A program made the translations under genes and the position numbers. A stretch of 64,000 nt of DNA. Source: Candidatus Eiseniibacteriota bacterium. Its GTDB lineage: Bacteria; Eisenbacteria; RBG-16-71-46; CAVPCR01. Shown here one piece after another: positions 57,649-64,000 of the stretch (its first letter is position 1; the number at the start of each line of letters is the position of its first letter). Below the pieces are notes generated by a model. It made no database searches, was not told where the DNA came from, and saw nothing but the letters and a program-made list of their open reading frames with translations. The stretch lies in NCBI GenBank assembly GCA_963823555.1, contig CAWGMA010000004.1, positions 448,001 through 512,000 on the forward strand, written 5' to 3'.

Positions 57649-58389
57649 TCAGCGCGTGACGATCACCTTGACCGTCTGCGATCTTTCCCCCTGCGCGAGC
57701 CGTGCGAAGTAGATGCCGGGGTTGATCGGGCCCCGCCCGGCGAGGTCCACGACGTGCGACCCAGCACCTAGCGCGCCAACTTCCTTGGATGCCACATGCC
57801 GCCCGGCCACGTCGAAAAGCGAGAGCTCGGCCGGCGCGGCGTTCGGCAGGTTGAACGACACCTCCACTCGGTCGCCGCGCGACGGGTTCGGGGAAGCGCC
57901 CCTCAGCGCGAAATCAGCCGGAATTGGCGGGCCGTCCACGCTGGTGACGGCCGCGGTGAACAGCGCGAAGGCCGCGTCCCCGGAGGGCGCCGTGAACCGG
58001 CAGTCGGTGGGCGGCCCGTCCTTGAAGCCCTCGGTCAGGTGTTGGCAGCGGAAGTGGTAGCCGTCGCCGCCCGTGCCGCGGGCGATGCTCCAGCCCGGGA
58101 ACCCCCACTGCCATCCATCGTCGTGCCTCCGAAGACGCCCGCATACATCTCGCCGGCATTGCCGCTGTTTTCGTACTCCACCAGGGGCGGATGCGCGACA
58201 TCGGGTTCGCTCCCGCCCACGCTGGATGCGTAGATCGCCACAGTGAAGTTCACCACCGGGCTGTTTCCACCATACGCGGGGTCGTACGCTCCGCGCCATT
58301 CGACCGAGTCGACGTCCGCATCGTAGCCCAGCACAAATCGGTCCCACACGTACTCGTCGTAGTTGCTGCCATCCGGATCCCACCAGGAA
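57649..58389 (-). pseudogene. Secreted FlgD/T9SS-type C-terminal domain protein; 5'-truncated by an IS end and internally frameshifted
   Basis: SSWWDPDGSNYD...GGTTM in one frame, then WQWGFPGWS...SPNPS...PGIYFARL in another; no signal peptide; abuts the IS end at 58390. Confidence 0.65.
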
Positions 58390-59330
58390 GAGCGCATAAG
58401 ATATTTCATCGGGCTTTTGGCCTGACCTCAAGTGTAGGACGGGGGATTGGGGAAGGGCAGGAGCGTGTCGGGGGGGAGCGGAGGGGCCCATGGCGCCGCG
58501 ATGGCACGGCGGGGCGATGGCATCGGGCGTCGGTGGGCGCGGCGTACTGCGACCGCACGGAGTTGTCCCATCACTCCGGCGGGATGCGCGGAGCGTCGCG
58601 GGGTTCGCTGCCGTTTTGGGGCGGGCCGGTGGTGGTGGCATGGCTTGCCCATAGCCCCGTCACCAGCGCGGGTGAGGTGTCACGACGGTGGCGGCCGGGC
58701 CGATGGAGACCGCGAGGCGGGGGGTGCCTCACCAACATCGTCCACGCGATCGTGGTCGAGCGGCGCTGCCTCATCCCACATCTCAAGCGGGAGCTCGGTT
58801 GCGTCGGCTCGCGCCAGCGCTGGTGGTGCGGTGGGCAGGCGGAGATGGCGGAGGATCGAGGTCAGCACCTTGGGGTCGGAGATGAGGGCGAGGACGGCCA
58901 TGGCGGAGGTGCAGCGGGGACAGCGCAGGGCGTCGATGTGGAACACGCGGCAGAGCAGCTGGGCCAGGGGAGCGAGCGTCGACGGCGGGGCATGGTGGTG
59001 GCGGGTGGGGGCGCCGCAAGCGGCGCGGTCGGAGTGAGCTCGGCTTCGGGGTCACGGTGCGGCTGATCGCTGGCGGTACGAGCGAGGTCGCACCCTGGGC
59101 GTGGGGCCAGGGTCGGCGCAGGTGGTAGACGATGCGACCGTCGCTGCGGCGTGCGAGGCGGCCCTGGGCGAAGGGAGCGCGCAGGCGGTAGCGGCAGAGG
59201 CGCTCGAGGGCAAGCCGATCGCCGGCGGCGACGGCGTGGGCGGCGTGAAGGGAGAAGCCGGCGACCTTGGCGCAGAGCGGTTTGGGTTCGGGCTCCCGGT
59301 CTTCGGGAAGCGCGAGCTGGGGTGAGGGAA
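58390..59330 (-). mobile_element. IS91/ISCR-like rolling-circle element remnant with oriIS end
   Basis: Minus-strand GFSLHA...LERLCRY.LR...DGRIVY and QLLCRVFHIDALRCPRC...ILRHL with an internal deletion and frameshift; end TGAAATATCTTATGCGC resembles ISCR oriIS. Confidence 0.8.
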
Positions 59331-59337
59331 GGGGTGG

Positions 59338-60021
59338 TCAGCGCTGGTTGTCGAGGAGCCCCACCACGAGGGCGTTGCCTAAAGGATACGGTTGTCCATA
59401 GGGAACATCCTTGACGCCGTCCCAGCCGGTTTCGACCCAATGGTTGAATTTGGAGAGGCGCTTCATGAACGTAACGGTGGTGAACGGCAGCCGGCCCTGC
59501 GCCAGCAGCCCGTCCAAGAAGGCGTTGTGGCCGAGCGGGAAGGTCAAGACCGCCTTTCCGCCGGGCTTGAGGACGCGGGTCTGCAGGTTGTCGAACGCTT
59601 GGAGCACGCGTTCGGGATCCCGGGGGGCTTCGTCCCAGCCGATGTGCTCGAACGTTGAAACGCTGAGGACCGTGTCGTAGGGGTGGTGGGGATGGAAATC
59701 CGCGATGTCGGCATTGATCACGCCGGGGCCGCTTTCGTATTTGTCCAGGATGTCGTGGCGGACGGGGAAATAATGCGACAGGACGTTGCCAACCTCCAGC
59801 ACCCGCGGCCCCGCGGCGCGCAGGGCTTCGCGCGCGATGGGAATTTCCACGCACCGTTCCGACCTGGCCGTCAGATTGTAATCGGACCAAAAGTAGCCGC
59901 AGGTTTTGCCTTGGAAGACGAAAGTCGGCCGTATCGCCTGGTAGAAGAGACGCAGGACCTTGTACAGCAAGCGCCGGCTGAAGGGGGGCTTGACCGGGAC
60001 GCCCGGCGGATAAGAACTCAT
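59338..60021 (-). CDS. Class I SAM-dependent methyltransferase-like protein
   Basis: ERCVEIP, VLEVGN, YDTVLSVSTFEHIG, VLKPGG. Confidence 0.8.
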   Translation of the reverse strand: MSSYPPGVPVKPPFSRRLLYKVLRLFYQAIRPTFVFQGKTCGYFWSDYNLTARSERCVEIPIAREALRAAGPRVLEVGNVLSHYFPVRHDILDKYESGPGVINADIADFHPHHPYDTVLSVSTFEHIGWDEAPRDPERVLQAFDNLQTRVLKPGGKAVLTFPLGHNAFLDGLLAQGRLPFTTVTFMKRLSKFNHWVETGWDGVKDVPYGQPYPLGNALVVGLLDNQR

Positions 60022-60343
60022 CGCAAACTTGCAGTACGTCTCTTCATCAGGGCACGGTCCTCTGTTGGCGGATGGAATGAGGTAACTATATCAAACTTGC
60101 CGGTGAAAAACGAAGAAGCCGGTCAGGGTTTCGGGGTGCTCTTGAGGAGGGCGTTCACGCGCTCAAGGGCTTGGGAGGCGCTGGCGTGCCGGGGGTTCAT
60201 TCTGCTCATTCTCAAGACGTCTTGGAAGACGGCGCGGGTCCGCTCGCAGTCCCCATTGCCGTAAAGGCGCAGGCGCTCCCTGTATTGTCTTCGGCGGTTC
60301 CTTCCTCCACGCCGGCGGGGACGAAGAGCTTTTCGCTGCCCAT

Positions 60344-60417
60344 GAGCGCATAGGAGAATTCACCGGGCCTTTTGGCCAGATCTCGAGTGTAGGACGGGGA
60401 ATTGGGGAAGGGTAGGA
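60344..60417 (-). mobile_element. Second oriIS-like end, about 85% identical to 58390-58462
   Basis: GAGCGCATAGGAGAATTCACCGGGCCTTTTGGCCAGATCTCGAGTGTAGGACGGGGAATTGGGGAAGGGTAGGA; no adjacent transposase. Confidence 0.7.
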
Positions 60418-60695
60418 CGGCGCTTCTCGGTCATGCGCCAGGCCGGTTGCGTGCATCTTAAGCGGATCGCATCAAGCATCCGCTGCGGCTATCAGATGTG
60501 CCGTAACTGAAGTCCTGGCAGCGCGATCGTATTCTCGGACACTACGGGGACAGGGGTGAGTGGGGTGCCGGAAACCCGCGCCGCGCCGCCCGGCTCTCTG
60601 AATCGCTGCCGAGAGCCTCGCTTGTTTCACTACAGCGTCTGCTCTGGACCCCGGAAGGATACCGCATGCGAAACGCGTTGCACTCCTCGATCCTA

Positions 60696-61319
60696 CTACC
60701 AGTGTCGTGAGCTGCCGTTGCTCATCAGCCGCTTCGATCCTGCGGGCTCGGTCGTCTCACTGTAGATCGCCCAGTCCGAGACGATCCCCGTATGTCCCGC
60801 ACCGCTGTCGACGATGGTGCGATAGAAGGCACCGTCGGCGTCGCGGCCTTCGAAGACCTCGAGTGAGGCCACCTCGCCGACGGCTTGCCACCCCTCGTCC
60901 TTGAAGAAGTAGGTGCCACGCAGCTCGATCGGATACGCCCAGAGCTCCGTGCCCTCGCATGGATTCATGCGGGCAAGGTAAATCTCGAGCACCGAGCTTG
61001 TGTCATAGGTGCCGTCACGGTCGGCATCATAGTGCAGCGCCAACACCAGATCGCCAGAATAGGGGTGGGAGACCGAAAGCGCTACCATTAGGTCGCGGAT
61101 CGTCCGCGTGTTGCCTGAGAACGAAAGTGGACCGATCGTCAGCCCGGCGGGATCGTTGTCGGGGATGGCGGCCGACGTGCCTAATGTGGCGCAATCGTGC
61201 TCGGCGAGGCAGTCGGCGTACGCGTGGCCGCGGATCTCCTGAGCAGCCGGGCCGCTCGCGATGGTTCCGAGTCCCATGTGCAACGCAGCGACCGTGGTGA
61301 TCAAGCTTGGCTTCCACAT
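60696..61319 (-). CDS. Secreted proprotein-convertase P-domain protein
   Basis: GGAGGAGG RBS; AIPDND, HPYSGDL, IVDSGAGHTG...W. Confidence 0.7.
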   Translation of the reverse strand: MWKPSLITTVAALHMGLGTIASGPAAQEIRGHAYADCLAEHDCATLGTSAAIPDNDPAGLTIGPLSFSGNTRTIRDLMVALSVSHPYSGDLVLALHYDADRDGTYDTSSVLEIYLARMNPCEGTELWAYPIELRGTYFFKDEGWQAVGEVASLEVFEGRDADGAFYRTIVDSGAGHTGIVSDWAIYSETTEPAGSKRLMSNGSSRHW

Positions 61320-61552
61320 GATTCCTCCTCCGATCGACAAGGGTTGTTCCTCGACTGTGGCTAAGTTCTTGAACTGCCTACCTTGCCGTCCGATCTAGCA
61401 TGCGGATTTTTGGGTCAAGCTGTGCCAGCCAAAATGCCGGGTCCCGTTGGCCTCGTACTCGGTCCGCAAGACCTCTGTTGACCGGGGGTTGTGGGGCTCC
61501 GCCTACGGTTCTGTGCTGTATGGATGGGTCCTTCTATCGGTAGGAGAGCGTT

Positions 61553-62252
61553 TTGAGCCAGTCGGCCCCCCCCCCACGATCTCACGATACTGTTGCTCGA
61601 GCTCGGATCCGACACCTGCCGCGATCCCCGAGCCGCGTCGCGCATCTTCGAGCTGGTGCATGGCGAGCTACGACGTGTGGCGGCCGATCTCATGCGCCAC
61701 GAGCGGCCGAACCACACCCTCCAGCCCACAGCCCTGGTGAACGAGGCGTACCTGCGCCTCGTCGATGGCACGCGCGTCGAGTGGCAGAACCGGGCGCACT
61801 TCTTCGGCATTGCTGCGCGCGCGATGCGACAGATCCTTGTCGATCATGCGCGCGAGCTCGCCGCCGCCAAGCGTGGCGGTGGCTGGCAACGCGTGACGCT
61901 CGATGAGCGTCTGGACGTCGTGTCGGAGGGCGAGATCGATGTGGTCGATCTGGACGCTGCTCTGTCGCAGCTTGCCGAGATGGATGTGCGCATGGCGCGG
62001 ATCGTCGAGCTGCGGTTCTTCGCCGGGCTGACGGCGGAGGAGGTGGCCGAGGTGCTGGACATCTCGCGGCGTACCGTGCAGCGCGAGTGGCGCGTGGCGC
62101 GGATGTGGATGCGCCGGGAGCTCTCGGGAGACCGTGAGGTACCGCATGGTGTCGCGCCCAAGTCGAACGCGTTCAGGGTCCCATACGGAGGCTTGCGCAC
62201 CCGTAGACTCTCCAATCCGCAATCCCACAACGACTTCCATCCCGGAGAGTAG
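61553..62252 (+). CDS. ECF sigma factor (TIGR02999-like), frameshifted in the C10 run 61566-61575
   Basis: AGGAG RBS then TTG; HTLQPTALVNEAYLRL, RQILVDHAR, KRGG, ELRFFAGL, TVQREW; removing one C gives MSQSAPPHDLTILL. Confidence 0.85.
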
Positions 62253-62518
62253 TTGAACCTCACCCCGCTCTGCGCAGAGAACGGTTAGTACATGGTCGCA
62301 TCCGCCGACCCGGTGGACGGGGTGGGCGAAAACGGGCGGACTTGTTGAACAGGGCCTCGGTCTATTGACGGATCGGGGCCTTCGTATGTGGCGACTTCGG
62401 CCAGACATCGGGCTCTCGGGCGACGGCTTGACACCGTGATCCTTACTTGCCACAACTGCCCACGGGGTGGCCGCTCCTCGAGGCCCGATCGAGCTCTCTC
62501 GTTGAGGGAAAGAGATGA

Positions 62519-62560
62519 AGCCCGAACCGGAGGAGGATCTCTCCGTACCGGCTCGGGCTC
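62519..62560 (-). terminator. Terminator hairpin of the gene at 62595
   Basis: AGCCCGAACCGG...CCGGCTCGGGCT, followed on the minus strand by TCATCTCTTT. Confidence 0.6.
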
Positions 62561-62594
62561 CCGCGTCGAGGCGATTGAGTCTTCTATCTGGGAT

Positions 62595-62637
62595 CTACTT
62601 GAGCACGATCATGCGCCTTGTGGCGCTGAACGATCCT
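62595..62637. repeat. 43-bp direct repeat, right copy
   Basis: Identical to 52780-52822; encodes GSFSATRRMIVLK-stop. Confidence 0.95.
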
Positions 62638-64000
62638 GCCTCCAGACGGTAGAGGTAGAGTCCGCTCGGCACGCGCTGGCCGCGTTCATCGAGTCCGTTC
62701 CAGGAAACCTCGTGCCGTCCGGATGGGAGACTGGAGTCGAGAAGGGTTCGCACCAGGCGACCCTGGACGTCATAGACAGCCAGGAGCGCGTTGCTCGCCG
62801 ACTCGAGCGTGAAGGCGATGGTTGTCGTCGGGTTGAGCGGATTGGGGACATTCTGCTCGAGCTGGGCACGCACCGGAGCGCTTGTTGCCGGGTCCGCCAC
62901 CGCTGCGCCACCCTCCGGGCAAGCGCGGACGTTGTCGATCCAGAACTCCTGCCCGCCGACCTGGAACTCGCCGATCGAGCCGCCGGAGGCATAGAGCGCG
63001 CCGCAGCTCTGCCCGGGAGCCCCGTAGCTCACCACCCATACCTGCGCGCCACCGACCACCGCGCCGTTCAGGTCATCGAGGTCGGCGGCGTTGCGGCAGT
63101 CGCCGTTGATGGTGAGGTTCACGTTGCCTCCGTAGTCGCCGAAGTCGAGCGTGAGCCACTCGAGCGGCGCGCCGAAGTCGATCCGGAGGTTCACGTTGTT
63201 GAGGTTCAGCTCGCGGCCGGTGCCGCAGGCGCGGCCCACGTTCTGCACCTCGGCCCGGCCGCCGTTGAACGGGGTGGCGCAGGTGGCGCCTGGGAAGTAG
63301 AAGGTCTTGACCTCGTAGTTGGCGTTGTCGCTGGTGAAGGTCGCGCCCACCGGGTACGTGGCGCCGAGCGCGAGATCATCGAAGCTCGAGCGCAGCGGCT
63401 GCGGGCACTGGTTGCAGTAGCTGAGCTCATCGATGAACAGCTCCTGTCCGCCGATCACGAGCTGGTTGACGGTGCCGCCGAGGAAGACAGCGCCGCAGCC
63501 CTGGCCCGGCTGACCGCCGTCGAACACCTGGACACTGACCCCACCCACGATGGCGCCGTTCAGGTCCGCGAAGTTCGCGACCGAGCGGCAATCCCCGTTG
63601 ATGGTGAGGTTCACGTTGCCCCCGTACTCGCCATAGGGAATCACGACATCGCTGACCGGTCCGCCGAAGTCGAAGTCGAGGTTCACGTTGTTGACCTCGA
63701 TCTCCTTGCCGGCGCCGCAGGCGAGCCCCGAATTGCCGACCCGAGCCATGTTGGCCGTGGTCTGCCCGCTGCAGGGCCCGAGGGTCACGAAGAAGTCGCG
63801 CACGGTCACCGCGACGCCACCGGTCGTGAACATGCTCCCGCTGGGGTATGTGGCGCCGAGCGCGAGGTCTTCGAACTGGAGCTGGTTGCACGGCCCGGCC
63901 TCCGGGCCGCCGCAGTCGCCGAGGACCACGTTATCGACGCCCGCCAGGATCCCGGGTGGGGTCGGGGTGACGGGCGTCGAGATGCGCACCGAATTGAGTG
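62595..64000 (-). CDS. Secreted repeat-domain protein with C-terminal FlgD-Ig domain (5' end probably outside window)
   Basis: Two ~160-aa repeats (F(E/D)DLALGATYP...NNVNL...YGGNVNLTINGDCR...GGQE..ID); C-terminal QNVPNP...WNGLD...SGLYLYRL. Confidence 0.85.
   Translation of the reverse strand, partial: LNSVRISTPVTPTPPGILAGVDNVVLGDCGGPEAGPCNQLQFEDLALGATYPSGSMFTTGGVAVTVRDFFVTLGPCSGQTTANMARVGNSGLACGAGKEIEVNNVNLDFDFGGPVSDVVIPYGEYGGNVNLTINGDCRSVANFADLNGAIVGGVSVQVFDGGQPGQGCGAVFLGGTVNQLVIGGQELFIDELSYCNQCPQPLRSSFDDLALGATYPVGATFTSDNANYEVKTFYFPGATCATPFNGGRAEVQNVGRACGTGRELNLNNVNLRIDFGAPLEWLTLDFGDYGGNVNLTINGDCRNAADLDDLNGAVVGGAQVWVVSYGAPGQSCGALYASGGSIGEFQVGGQEFWIDNVRACPEGGAAVADPATSAPVRAQLEQNVPNPLNPTTTIAFTLESASNALLAVYDVQGRLVRTLLDSSLPSGRHEVSWNGLDERGQRVPSGLYLYRLEAGSFSATRRMIVLK

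Noticed and set aside
52823..62513. Integron cassette array or prophage
   Set aside because: No attC-like GTTRRRY/RYYYAAC structures recognised, mixed gene orientations, no integrase or phage genes

Overview
High-GC bacterial chromosomal window. Many secreted proteins end in a FlgD-Ig/'secretion system C-terminal' domain and one ends in a TTWGxIKxLYR tail, which suggests an FCB-group lineage such as Ca. Eisenbacteria/Krumholzibacteria (inference only). Positions 1-52.7 kb hold mostly housekeeping and peptide/carbon-scavenging genes (malQ, fumC, a sigma54 two-component pair, ferritin-like protein, M16/M1/S8 peptidases, pckA, LOG, PhoH2, selenocysteine-containing selD, mgtE, xth, aroC, amrS, CorA, tkt). 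Positions 52.8-62.6 kb form an accessory island bounded by a 43-bp exact direct repeat (the 3' end of a gene) and filled with IS remnants (ISL3-like, IS91/ISCR-like) and cargo genes. The standout is an ORF-poor 864-nt element (22933-23796) with its own sigma70 promoter, a 12-bp stem joining its two ends, a U-tract, many GNRA/UUCG hairpins and about nine copies of one hairpin/internal-loop module. It is a candidate large, modular non-coding RNA that I cannot assign to a known family. Also notable: a candidate sigma54-driven sRNA with an anti-Shine-Dalgarno motif, and a palindromic operator in the promoter spacer of an SplB-like radical SAM gene. Three frameshifts lie in homopolymer runs and are probably sequencing errors. 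All calls come from reading motifs by eye; no searches or folding programs were run.
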